Notes: generated by a model from the sequence alone, not told the origin. A stretch of DNA of 64,000 nucleotides from Tubiluchus corallicola (GCA_030141605.1 JAQGDQ010001080.1:643-64642); one strand, 5' to 3'; positions 1 to 13,180 are shown, counted from the stretch's first letter. A program made the numbers and translations.

Positions 1-596
1 TTGTTTCCAAGCTGGCAATTAAAACACCTAAAATTTGAGTAAAATTAGGAAATTAAAATTCTGATTTTGTAAAGTTTGCAATTTAAAACGAAAAAGCTCT
101 TTTACTAGTAATTTGTTCATTTCGTTTGACATTGAATTAGACATTTTTTATCACATACAATTTATAGAGTAAAGACAATAATTAGAAGCAGAATACTTAT
201 GAAAAAATAAAAAAATGTGACAACAGAGCTTACAATAAAAATATAATAATATAAAACAAATTTTTAAGAACATAAACAAGTAAAGAAAAAATTGAGAAAA
301 GATAATTCGACTTTGCTCAAGAGCAAGATAATTCAAGAGCAAAATGGAGAGAAGAAATTAATGAAAATGTTTAAGATAAGCAAGAATATAATACAATAAG
401 AACAATATGTAAGCAAACATAAAAAATAAACAAACCAAACAAAAACAGCATGATTATACAACAGTTACAATTTAAAAACTGCGTTTTTTATGTGAAAAGA
501 AAAATACAGTGCAGTGCAACGCAAAACAATGTCAAAAGAAAATTATAATCGTATATTTTAATTTCGGTGGTATATATATATATATAACGACAGGGC

Positions 597-1049
597 TACA
601 GCTCCAAAGACGGCACCATTTTCAGCATACATCAAATGAAAGGTCAGGACACACAATCGGGTCCATCGTGAGGAATGTGTGGCGAAAAACCTCCCAAAAC
701 AACCTTTTTTGAGCGTTTTTCCCCAAAAATTGCACATGTTATACCTCTTATTTCTATAGAATTGGAACGGTGTGTGTTATAGTCATATTTAGATTTCGTG
801 GGAGGGCCACATCGTCCCGTGACAGGCGTTTTTCTGGACAGAGCCACGCAAATTTTGCAGAAAACTGCTCAAACAGCCTATAGGAAAACTTAATTTGTGC
901 AACTGTTTGGGCACACTCGCATAAAGAGGACAAAACGGTCCATAAAATGTTGGAGGTTTTTTGAGAGAGATGTCTACCAGACGAAATGGGAAGGGTGTAT
1001 TTCAAAGTTCTTTTCAACCCCTAAGCTGCATCCTATTTGGAACATCCAT
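597..1049 (-). pseudogene. Putative decayed ORF of unknown function, copy 1
   Basis: Minus-strand frame MDVPNRMQL...NFEIHPSHFVW*TS...PPTFYGPFCPLYASVPKQLHKLSFPIGCL...; stops/frameshifts fall at different codons than in copy 2 (22267-22772). Confidence 0.35.
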
Positions 1050-1269
1050 TGTCCTTAAGTTTGATAAATTTCGCAATTGTTCCAGGCATTGTCTTCACCG
1101 TCTTCTGTAGTAAGATTTTACATGTTAGTTCTATTAGCCTATTATCATGTGAAGTAATAAATAAAAATTACGTTAAAATGTCTGTACATTATTAATCATT
1201 GATAGACAGATTAATAACATCTGTTATAGTACACTGTTCTGACTTTGTGCAAAATGTTTTGAATGGTTT

Positions 1270-1640
1270 CAATGTGATGTTGTGTCAATAGTGTTGGTGC
1301 TGGAGGTGTCGTTATCCTCATCATCATAGTCAACAACATCATCATCACCATATAATGTGGTGTGGTGGGTGCAGTGTAGTTTGGTCTGGGTTGTGTGGTG
1401 TGTTATTGATGCTGTGGTGTTTGTGAATGTGGTGAGATGGGGGGTGTAGGTGGTGTGGTGTAGAGTGGAGGGGTGTGGGTGGTGTGTTATGGTGTGGTTG
1501 GTGTTGTGTTGTGGTATGGTGTGCGTCATGCATTTCGTATGGAGCGTTGGGTTGGTGTGGTGTGTTTTGGGTAGTGTGGTGTGGGTTGTTGTCATGAGTT
1601 TATGTACAAAATTCGTTTGCAGGGTTTGGCTAGTGAATTA
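1270..1640. repeat. GT-rich (TGGTG-type) low-complexity tract, member of a 4-copy family
   Basis: tggtg/gtgtg-rich plus strand; its right boundary motif ttatgtacaaaattcgtttgcagggtttggctagt is shared with 13494-13528 and 50884-50918. Confidence 0.85.
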
Positions 1641-1869
1641 ATGAAAAGAGAAATAATGATGATAATTAATAAAACGTTACCTAATACTGAGAGCTGAGAT
1701 AGTTACTATTTAGGTGGGAATAAGTATAGACTTATAGTTGTGGTTAATGGTGTAGGTACCATTTTTGAGCTCTGCAGGCTCGCTGCTCCAAAGTAAAACA
1801 ATTTGAGTCTACAGATTTTTCCTTTCCTAGTGTTCTACCTCTGTAGACAGTATGTCTGGTTAGAAACAA

Positions 1870-2085
1870 GACGTGTTTAACACTCGTGAAGATTGTTGAA
1901 ACGCATCCAGGGTTCGCATACTCATGGTTTGCTAATTACCCCAATGGCCAAACTCGAGTAGTCAAATGTAACAATGTTCTTTCCGGTGAAGCAATAGTCA
2001 CACTTGGAGTCCCCCAGAGATCTATTTTGGAACCTCTGTTGTTTTTAATATACATTTAATAACTTACAAAACTGTATTTCAAATT
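1870..2085 (+). mobile_element. Non-LTR retrotransposon (CR1/L2 group) reverse-transcriptase fragment
   Basis: Manual translation AYSWFANYPNGQTRVVKCNNVLSGEAIVTLGVPQRSILEPLLFLIYI matches the RT GVPQGSILGPLLFLIYIND motif. Confidence 0.85.
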
Positions 2086-2663
2086 CAATTTTTTTGTCTC
2101 TCTCAATTGCTTACAAAGTATATGAAATTAAGGTCTGTAAATTCTATTAACAAAAATTGAGACAGGCAGGCAAAGGGCCAAGGGGTCATCAAGCAGCCAC
2201 CCCTATACAAATATGTTATATTAGATACCATGGCTTCTTTAATTTAACAACATGAATATGTTATGTCAATTATTTGTGTGTCTAAGGAGACAATAATTAA
2301 TTTTTCTGCAAATAAGATTAAATCATTACAGATATTTTGAAGTTTATGGTGAGCAAAATGAGCAAAATAAAGCAACAATATATAATTTTTAGAAATGCAG
2401 TTTCGTGAAATGCAGTGTCGATTAGCCACTCAATATAAAATAAATTAAATTAACTAGAAAAAAACAAAAATGAACAGAAACCATACGTTACAATAACCTA
2501 TAGTTAGAACAAAAATATGAGCAAAACCAAAACAAAAGAAAAAAACAAATCAGAATGTCGATGAAACGAATCACAACTCGATGAAACAACAATTTTCTTA
2601 TAGCCTTGCAAATTAACTCAATGAAACCAGCTAGTATTTGCATGCTTAGTATTGCTACCATGT

Positions 2664-2868
<205 letters not shown>

Positions 2869-4589
2869 AATGTGATAAGAATTTAATACCAGAATGAGCA
2901 TGTCCTGTCAAGTCTGTTCTCACATTATGTATGAATGCATTACGAACATACAGATGCGGGTTAGTAGTAGTTCAGACATTGGAAAGCCGGTTTTGATTGA
3001 ACATGAACATAAAAGTTTTAGCTTATTCACGTTCTTCAGTTTTGTGATTTTTAATTTATAATAAATGGGTGTTTAACAGAAATCTTTGTTATTATTCGAT
3101 ATCAGTTTGATATGATAAATTTATTTTTATTATTAATCAAGAGATGCAAGGTGGATGTTTGTGCTGATCCATAGCTAAATATACTGTAGTACAAATAGGA
3201 TGTGAATGTAATGAATAGCATTATCACATCTTAGCACCATGATTGAGCTTATGTCTGATTTTAGTGAAGACTCAGTTATTTTTACTACTTTCATTAACAA
3301 TATGTTGAATGTGTGATTTCAGTGAAACGTTTGAATCGATTGGGCCAGGTTGTGCCTTAATTGATAACATTGTTAAATTTAATGCCGCGTTCTATATTTT
3401 ATGGGAATTGTCATAATGTATTTTATTTTTGGCATAATTTACAGACATTGATTAGACCGCATCCAAATGTTAACTTTGTGCACAAATATATATTTTCGAA
3501 AGGCAATATCACTGGACATTCTGTTTCCAGAAAATTGTTTTTTCCAGAAACAGGAAAAAACACAGTTAGGGTTTCTGTAAAATGTGCCTGAGGTGAGCCA
3601 GTGACATTTACCAATTGGCAGGAACATTTGAAATTATTATTTCTAATTACATGTCTTTACAGCAGGTAAGGGAAATGGTAAGTAATACAGATTTGCATGG
3701 ACGTTTTTTGGGACATTATTTTAACATCACCTTTTCTTCTGTTGACTAACGTTTGTGCAGGTGACGTCATGTCATGTCACCGTCGGAATAGTATTGCAGG
3801 AGATTTAAATTGAAAACAAACAAAAAATCCCTTCAGAACGATATATGCACAAAATTGGTGTAATCCAGTATAATTTTAGGAAGATTTTCTGAAACCTACT
3901 TAAGGTCCCCCTTTTCTCGTCCTATTTAATTCCCTAACATAGTAGAAGAGAATCTATGTAAAATTTTGGGGTATGAAGAGAAGGGTTGGTTACGTTGGGA
4001 ACAAATCTAAATACATAATAGTTGATTTTACTTCATCATTGATTGGGTTAGTTAACCAGACACTTATTATTTAAGCAGTTAGTCAATGAGTGAATAATTA
4101 TTTGCTTGAGTGAGTAAAGAAATAAAAAGGAAACAAAAAAAGAGAACAAATAATTTGTATAGTAAACAAAAGCTTACTGACAAGAGAACATTTAACAGCC
4201 TGAGAGAGTGATATGATATTATACGACTTTTTTATTGCAAACCACAGTTCAGTTTGCAAAATACAACATCACACATTTACAATAAAATTGCTAGAGATTA
4301 AAAAAGAAAAATTAATTGCTAAATCACAGTTTAACATGCACTAATAATGAATAAGTGTTTGACTGATTAAATGACTGGAAGACTAACTGACTTTAATACA
4401 GTTTCACCAATGGATATACTGGTTGATTGACTGAATGACCAACTAACTACTCAACTAGAATTGAATTTAACTAATTAGCGATCTAATTAATCAAATAAGT
4501 TACCAATCTACCAATCAAGGTCTCAATCAATCTATTAAATTAGCAACTTGACACAAAAAAATAAAAAAATTGAATACCCAAACCCACTG

Positions 4590-4775
4590 TCCCGCAAAAT
4601 CTGCCATACCTGCAAACCCGCCATGCTGCCAAACATGCTAAATCTGCTATGCCTGCCATACTGACAAACCTGCTATGCCCGCCATACTAAAAAATGTGCC
4701 ATACCCGCCATAACCACCAAACCCGCAATGCATGCTGCCAAACATGCCACACTGGCCAAACCTGCGATAGCACCA
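4590..4775. repeat. Degenerate short-unit repeat (cccgccatac/tgccaaacc)
   Basis: Alternating ~9-nt words; the counterpart at 23855-24062 has a different unit arrangement. Confidence 0.8.
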
Positions 4776-7700
4776 AGCTTTGTCAAAAAGCTAAAACTAA
4801 ATGATTGTCTAACTATATATATATAGTATATAACTATACTATATATAATTATCTTTATTTGCCATTAAAATACATTGATAGTCACTGATAAAAACTTTAA
4901 AGAGATGATCAATCAGTGTTAGTTAATAAAAATTTACACTAAAGGCAAATGCGTCAGTGCCATCTAAATTACTGTGCAGTAATGGAAAGTAACAACTATT
5001 TACAACTACACACACAAAATGAAAAAATTATGCCTTAATTAATTAATTCATGAGTTAATTATGAGCTAATTAATTAATTAGTACAGCGACCAACTGACTA
5101 GCTTAGCTAACTAACTAATTAACAATCTTCACACAGTCACCTTTTTGGAACAGCCTCAAATAATTGTATGTTCCCTGCTTTGCTGGTTGTACCGGGTTTC
5201 GAAACAATGCCAATAGAGTACGCCACATACTGGCACACACAGACGCTGCAAAATGGCGGACGTTGAGAAAATTTGCCTGAAGCTCTTTTTAACTTTTTCA
5301 GTAAGTTTACAGTTTGATTTTTGTTTGTTTTTGTTGCTACTTGCTAGACATTGTCGTTCATTGCTAGACACCAAACAAAAATATTTCACAAAAACTTTAA
5401 TTAGTTTGTAAAGGTTGTAGTTTTGTTAATAGAAAGTATGTTTCAACTTTTTTGGGTCAGTGTCTTACTATTTAATCCCTGCTTTCAGTGGTATTACTAA
5501 TTTGGGCGATCTGAGAGTGCCTTAAAATTCCCTACACTGTAATCAGGCCTTACAATATTATCGTTTCATGATAGATCACACCCATTCATGCAAAACAAAG
5601 TAAGTGATTTAAAAGGATTGCTCATAAGAATAACACTTACCATAAAACATATGCCGTACAGGTATAAAGACAGAATTAGCTTGCTGATGCCTGACATAAA
5701 CTTTGTAAAACTAATTCGTACTCCATATCATATTCCGGGTAAATTACGCTGATGACGTCACGAAGGAACTACTGTAGCTGCTTACAACTTGAGGAAGCTT
5801 TAAATTCAATAAACACACAGGCGCTTTTTCACTTTTACTGAAACAATGTTAATTTAAAACTTGCTTTATGAAATTCCAACATTCCATTTTTAAATCACCT
5901 TGTTCCCACAATCTATTTATTATACAAAATGGAAGACTGGAGCGTGATCACTTCTGTGGTTAAGTGCGAAGATGAAATTGTTTCATACAGAAACCAAAAT
6001 TTTCACTTTTCTATCAAAAACAACTGATTATTTTACACTGAAAATCAGTATTACACTTCACTAAAAGTGTTCTGTTTTTCCTGTTGCGCTGTTCACGCTT
6101 ATAGCAAGACTGCAAAGCAAATGATTTGCTTCAGTTGTCTCGTCTTCACGCATCTGAAAGTTACGCCTATAAGCTGACGTGTTGGAGTTGTTCACCATGA
6201 CAGCTTTTTAACTCCGCCTCAAATTCTTGAGCACTAGGAATATGGCGCCAATAATGTTTGTTTGAACATGTTTAATAGACGCAAAGTACTTTCACTTTTT
6301 AAGTGCAATCTATTTGCACAAGTTGACCATCTTACTACCAAATCTTTTCTTCCTTTTAAGAACCTAAATAAACTTCAATAAATTGTTATTGCAGGATAAT
6401 AAGACCTGCTTAATCTTTGTTAGAGTTACGGTCAAAATAAAAGACCTGCATTGTGTGCTGAGCTTAGAGCATGTCAACTGAACTTGTGGCCTGTTCCATA
6501 GAATTTGTTAAAATTTGAAAGATGTAGAACTTCTTTAAACTTGCTCACACATCCCATTTTTTACTCAAACTGTAAAATACTTCGTATGTGTTTATTAATT
6601 GCAGATAATTTCGATTGAAATTGTAATACAATCAGCGGGCATTACAAAAACTAGAATGGATTTGCATGTTGTGAAAAGCTGCTCAGGTTTGTTCATTACA
6701 CTCACATTTATGCGACTCTGGTATGTTCTTATGAACATAAATGGACATTAATTGGATTATAATTGTCAATGATTCAAATCTGAGTACCTTTTTTACATTA
6801 CGAAAAGCACTTCAAAGTTGGACATTACAACCCAGTCATAAATTAAAGCAAAAGTGTTTCTTTTGAAAATATATAAAATTTCATAGTTTTGGAAAATCAC
6901 AAAATGCAATTTCAAGGAACTCCCCACTTTTTTATTCTTACCATGCAACCCAAAAGCTGTGATTTGAGACGTCATTAATTGTGTTTATGTAATAAACTCG
7001 TAATTATTTTAGAGATAAACTGTAGCGTACCTATCTCATCGAAACTATTTTTTAGATAAACATGTAGTAATATTAAAAAGTTTGCAAAATGTTTAAATCT
7101 TAAAACTGTAACATCTTTAGTTCAGCTGAAACTAGAAAATTGCTTTATGTAGTAAGGAAATTTAATGTTAGCATTTATTTTATTCCAGTATAACATGTTA
7201 ATGTTCAGTCCAATTAATTAGTCTTGCTTTAAAATAAATTAAAATAAACCAAATTTATGACCTCAGAAATCAGTAATTTGATCAGCACTAATGAAACTGC
7301 CTTTGCCTTATACATAGTTTCAAGGGCAGAATTAATCTAGTCAAAATATTTTTCATTTAATTAATTTTCTTTTGCTTTTTAAATCTTTGTCACATTGCTT
7401 ATACCAGCACTTTTCATGATGATTTACAGCTTCAGCTAACTTAGATTAGCTGAGTGTAAGATTAGTTTTACTTAGTTGTTATTTATTTTATAACATAAAA
7501 TGCCAAATACCAAACCATTAGAGAGGCGCTGTCTGTACAAAGGAGGGCTTCTTAATTATAAATATTGTATAAAGTATTTGAGTTGATCACAAAACGCTAA
7601 TCACACAGCCCTACAAAATACGATTTTAATCTTCAACAATTTTCTCCAGAATTCGCGTTAGAAACTCGTAATCCCGGCAAAATCCAGACCTCTTCAGACA

Positions 7701-7954
7701 CGGTCTCTGCACAAAGAGCAGCTTATTGCATTTTGAAATTTTGAAGTATTTGTGATGATGCGCCGCTCACACCTTGCAAACAAATAAAGATTTTGATCTT
7801 CAATAATTTTGTCTGGAATTTAATAATGACTTCACAAATAAAACAATTGCTTTTGAAATTATTAAACTTTGTGGCAGATTTCACAAAATACCAAATTGCA
7901 GACATCTTCAGACGCACGCTCTCTGCACACAAAAGAGCAGCTTATTTATAATCA

Positions 7955-8552
7955 TTTTGAAGTGTTTACCTCAGTGGCAGGTTACTCCCTGCACACAAAG
8001 AAAGATTTTAATCCCCCCAAATTTTGTCTGGAATTTAATAGCGATTGATAAGCTGACATTAATAGCCTCGCTATTTGAAGTGTTTACCTGAGTGGCAGGT
8101 TACTCCCTCCACACAAAGAAGGATTTTAATCCCCAATAATTTTGTCTGGAATTTAATAGCGATTGATAAGCTGACAATAATAGCCTCGTTATTTGAAGTG
8201 TTTACCTGAGTGGCAGGTTACTCCTTCCACACAAAGAAGGATTTTAATCCCCAATAATTTTGTCTGGAATTTAATAGCGATTGATAAGCTGACAATAATA
8301 GCCTCGTTATTTGAAGTGTTTACCTGAGTGGCAGGTTACTCCTTCCACACAAAGAAGGATTTTAATCCCCAATAATTTTGTCTGGAATTTAATAGCGATT
8401 GATAAGCTGACAATAATAGCCTCGTTATTTGAAGTGTTTACCTGAGTGGCAGGTTACTCCCTGCACACAAAGAAAGATTTTAATCCCCAATAATTTTGTC
8501 TGGAATTTAATAGCGATTGATAAGCTGACAACAATAGCCTCGCTATTTGAAG
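7955..8552. repeat. 118-bp tandem array, 5 copies
   Basis: The g of ttgaag recurs at 7959, 8077, 8195, 8313, 8431, 8549; units near-identical with no unique spacers. Confidence 0.97.
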
Positions 8553-10371
8553 GTTCAGCAAATTTCACAACAATCTTAGCTGCGTGAGAACTGCTGGGCA
8601 ATGACCAACCTTGAATATGATATAATCCCTGAAATGAACACTGAAGCACAAAAGTAAAAACCTTTTAACATCTTTCAATGCTTTGAAGAAACTTTTTTGA
8701 CTTCAGTGTTGATACTAGTTGCTTACCAAGTCTCAAGTTTAAGAAATTAGAATCACTTATTACAATAATTGAAATCCTGAGAAGTATTGACCTAGGATGC
8801 ATTTTTCGCTTCGATAAATTTTCATCATTCTGGATGCCATCAGGATGGCAGTTTAAGTCTAGCAATAAACTGTGCAATTTATTGATAACCTTCTTTGTAT
8901 GTGCTTTAAAGTTACAGGGGTTTGACATTGAATTAAAATGTGCTGTCTGACGATAATATTGTTCTCTCTATTAACACTTTCTCTAACTCGTTCTTTCATG
9001 CATTTTTTCAAGCTTTTACATGTTTATGCAAAAAATTTATATTCTTGCTGAACATTTTTTCCAAATCTTAGCACAAAGAATTGAAATTGCTCACCCGTGT
9101 TCTACAGTAAATAGAAATTTCTTGCGTTTCAAAGGGTTTTTGTGTGGAGAAAATGTTGCATACAAAAGTACAATAAAAGTTCAAAAACAAAATAAGATAA
9201 AAGAAAATGGAAGCCAGTTCTAGTTGTAATCCTGTTGACTCTTAATTTAAAGCAAATTTAAATTTATTAACAACAGTAAGCTTTTCAAGTCAGATATCTG
9301 ACCCAAAGAAGCAACAAAAAAGTGTGCTAGTTCCGATCTCGTAAAGGATTTAACATATTGTAGCTGTTGCATTGTTTATGATGTTTATACACAAGGAGAA
9401 TAAATATTGTTACCTGTTAATATTCCTTGACATGCATGCTGACACTGGTAAAGAATAACACCTTGCCAGGCATTTAAACGTGTTTGATGTGACTTTTTTG
9501 GAAGAAATAAATTTAATTAGTTTAAATATCCCTCATCATCACTCACAGAGTGTGTGGATGGGCACTTTGCTACATTTTTCTTTTAATAGGTTTAGTTCAA
9601 TACATCTTTCAGACACGTAAGATTCTTATGTAAATTAACCGCACTTGAATACCTGGCCAGGAAAAGACACCAGGGAAAAAGTTAAGAAATAATATTCAGA
9701 AACATAGGCCAGGTTGTCGAAGAATTCATCGCTTTATAACTGAGAAAGATTTCCAAACTTTTTAGCTTTTCTTGTGAAAACCAACATCTTGCCAAACCTA
9801 ATGTGAAACTGTTGATACCTCACCTAAGCTATCACTAAAATTTATATTATTGATAAAATTTTTGTAAATATTTTGAAAATTACTCCAAATTCTGCCATTG
9901 ATATAAACATGGAATAACAGTTTCCAGCAAGTTTGCAGTGAATAAAAATATTTTCCCGTATTTAGGGTTTTTGTGCAAGTCAACCACACCAAAAGTGCTT
10001 CCCAAGTGAAAAGAAATAAAAAGTGTAAGAAATCTTAGATCTTTGATGAGTACAAAAAAGGTTATCATGCATTGAAATCATTCAATTATTATGCCTTGGA
10101 AACAACATTCTGGCTTATCTTGTGCAAATCGTGCGAAATCAAATATCCAAATCTGATATGAAAAAAAGATTTTTGGCTGACAAAAACAATCTATAAGAAT
10201 TGTAAAATTCTTCAGCACATAAACTCCTGAGCATTTTACACTGTTTAAAAAGAATCTACACATTTTGAAGTATAGAATATATTTTCCTGATTTTAAAATT
10301 CTTGATTAATTTAAGCAAACCTGAACCTAATTTATAAGCAACACCTTATAAAAGATGACAGGCAAAGATTT

Positions 10372-12060
10372 GAGAAATAGAATAGCGCAAAGTTAGCCAA
10401 TTTCATAGACTAAACGTGATTATTTTGATATTTTTATTATTAAGTATGTCATATTCAGAGGTCAAAAAGAAAAAATGCAATTTTTACATTCAAGTATACA
10501 TAACTTTTAAGTCTATCTCACTTATAACCATTACACAGAACATTACAAATAATCTGTTTTGCAATCTAACCTGTTCTAACCACTGATAAAATAAGCTAGT
10601 ACACTATAAGTTTTCAAAAAGCTGTAAATCTTGTTGCTTTTGTTGTTGTTATTGTTTCTTGTTAAACATTTTTTTTGGGTCAGAGAAAAATGGCATACTA
10701 TGTGTTTATGGTTAGGGCTATAGTGAGGGGGTAGATTTTAGTAGTTTTTAACTTTGCTTTGGAAATTGTGCTTCAACACAGTTTTTTGCTGTACCACTAT
10801 TTTGTTATCTCCACATTGACAGACAACTACGAGTTAGTTCGAGATTCCATTTCATACATTTCTTACATAAGTTCAACCATTTCTTTATTATATGATGGTT
10901 ATAATAATAGTAAGCAAACAATGAGAATTATGTTAAAAAACGTTAATCAGTAACTCATTCAGGACAGCATGGGTTTGCTACATTCTGCATGTGTTGAGGA
11001 AATACTGCTCTCATTGAGCAATGATTATGTTATATTAGACAATTTTTAAGCTATCCGCAAACAACAAATTTTCATGCAAAATTATATATGAAATGCATTT
11101 GATAACCTTAATGAAATTAAAGATCGATTTTTGATAAAATCTATTAAAAACTATCAGGATCTACAGTGTTTTCACTTTAACATAGTACAGTTTTAATTAA
11201 AAATGGCTAATGCAGAAATTTCAACTATCCGGACAGAAGACTCTGTTGACCTGTGGCCTCAAGTCTATTTTTGAAGAGAAATTCCTGTTAAAAGACGAAA
11301 CAACCTTAATTTGTCGTTGAGTGTTGCTTTTTCCTTACTTTATTATTATTTACTTATTTGCATTACTTCTAAGATTGTGTATTAATTTTGATTTAAATTA
11401 ATATTACTAAAATTTAATGTACCTACAATCGTTTTTCTCAACTAATTTGTGTACTAATTTTTTCACTAAATTTATGCTGTTACTATTTTCTGAACTATAT
11501 TTAATTCATGTTTATCGCACTGTAGCCGTATAGTCATTTTTGTTAATAGTCGGTGATTGCACAGTAAGCTTTTATTTTAGTGTTAACATTTTTATCAGAT
11601 ATTGTGCACAAAAAGCATTTAAAGAGATAATTTGCTGTGTAGCAGTTCTGATTCACATAGCTATTTGTCTCATGTTGGATTTTCTATTGCAACATATTGT
11701 AGCAGTTGCATTAGTTGCGATTTTGTACACTAGTTGGCTGACCGATGCTACCCGATGATATTCTGTACTTGTAGCATCGGCCATTACTAGACATGCATGC
11801 TGCACTCCAGGGCTGTCAATCACTCTTACCCATGAGCTCTCATGTGCATCGTTGCTTCCATGCACGCATCACTACACTCACTGCTCCAGCATTAATGTGA
11901 GTGCACCTCGTATCTCCAACGCTGTACACAGACTTTATGTAAAATATTTTCACCATCCAGAGTATGTACACTACCCAATAATGAATGTCAAGAAGCAGCA
12001 GAAAAGGCTGAATAACGAAAATTTCTAACAACTGCTTTTGTATTTCCTAGAATGAAAATT
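10372..12060 (+). repeat. Duplicated block (partner 37637-39460)
   Basis: Both begin gagaaatagaatagcgcaaagttag and stay colinear, with reciprocal indels (about 38150-38395 extra in the partner, about 11015-11225 extra here). Confidence 0.93.
11690..12040 (+). repeat. GC-richer dispersed ~350-bp module (SINE/MITE-like, unclassified)
   Basis: Homologues at 29886-30215, 39079-39435, 41193-41390 and inverted at 37478-37575 (catgcatgctgcactccag...catgcacgcatcactacactca...gtgcacctcg). Confidence 0.85.
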
Positions 12061-13180
12061 AATGCCAACAAAACCTGGTTCTAAAATAAATGTGTATTTT
12101 CTTGATACCCTAGCTAATAAAACTGGGGGTGGGGAGGTAGTAGTAAAACAATTACATTCACAACAATTGATTAACAACAGGCCAATATGAAGTCAAAAAA
12201 GCAATGCAAAAGCATGATTATTTATACAAAACAGCAGACAAAAATAATCCGAAGTTTTGGAATTTTAATGATAACAGGGTTGATGCCAGGTGATTGATAT
12301 TAGAGAGACAATTTCTGTCTTCAGCAAACAAATCACTTTAGGGAATTAAACTTTCATGTGGTGCCATGATTGCCCATGTGATTTTCTGTCTTTCTCAAAC
12401 AACTATTATTATTATGCAGCCTCGTCTACATTATAATGGCAAAAGAAACTGGTGTCTCCGCTAGGGTTGCGCTAGGTTTCATTGCCTTTGGCTTCACACC
12501 ACCAATTTCCATTCCTTGCCTCATTCCTCATTCCATTCCTTGCTAGCACCCGATTGCCCCGGCCTGAACAGCGCCAAGATTAAGTCCTGAGTCAGTATCA
12601 GGCATCCCTAAATCTGGATCCTCCCCTGTATCAGCATCGCGGAATCCATCTTCAGACACGCCTGTCTGTTGTAAAACATTTGCTGTCTCCTGCAGTAAAA
12701 GAGTTATTAAATTTAATACTATATTTCGTAAAGAGTTACGAAACTGGTTCTCCAATGCGGTTAACACGGGCACATCCAAGATCAGATTTGCATCCGAACT
12801 TCCCTCCACGTGAAACTCGGTGGGACTGGTCACGTTTTCCGTATATGCGTTGATGGGGTGAAAGTCCACGTAATTGACAGTCCGAAATGGCCACTTGGTG
12901 CATCGAGCTGCTATAAGTTATTTACCTTTGCAGGTCACTTGAAACATGTCCTAGTTTGATTAGGTCCTGCAAGGAGTTTATAGAAACTGCTTCTGCTTCA
13001 TCAGGTCTGCTAAGAAATGTGTGTCCTCACTTTGACCGCATGTACTTGAACCCTAATTGTTTTTACATTGTCGGCATGGTACTAGAGAGTTGCGTATGTT
13101 TAAATTTACATTAACGTATGGTATGATATCGTGTGTGTGGCTTGGTGGGAATGGCATGTTGTGACTGGTGTGGTGTGGCG

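Noticed and set aside
1269-1595. Thr/His-rich mucin-like ORFs (also 13053-13570, 23059-23312, 50443-50960)
   Set aside because: By-products of GT-rich low-complexity tracts; open in several frames and frames not preserved between 1.3 and 23 kb copies.
5036-5082. AT-rich palindrome (TTAA)n...(TTAA)n as a functional hairpin
   Set aside because: Self-complementarity is expected from TTAA/TAAT simple repeats.
7955-8552. CRISPR-like array
   Set aside because: Whole 118-bp units are repeated, with no unique spacers and no cas genes; eukaryotic context.
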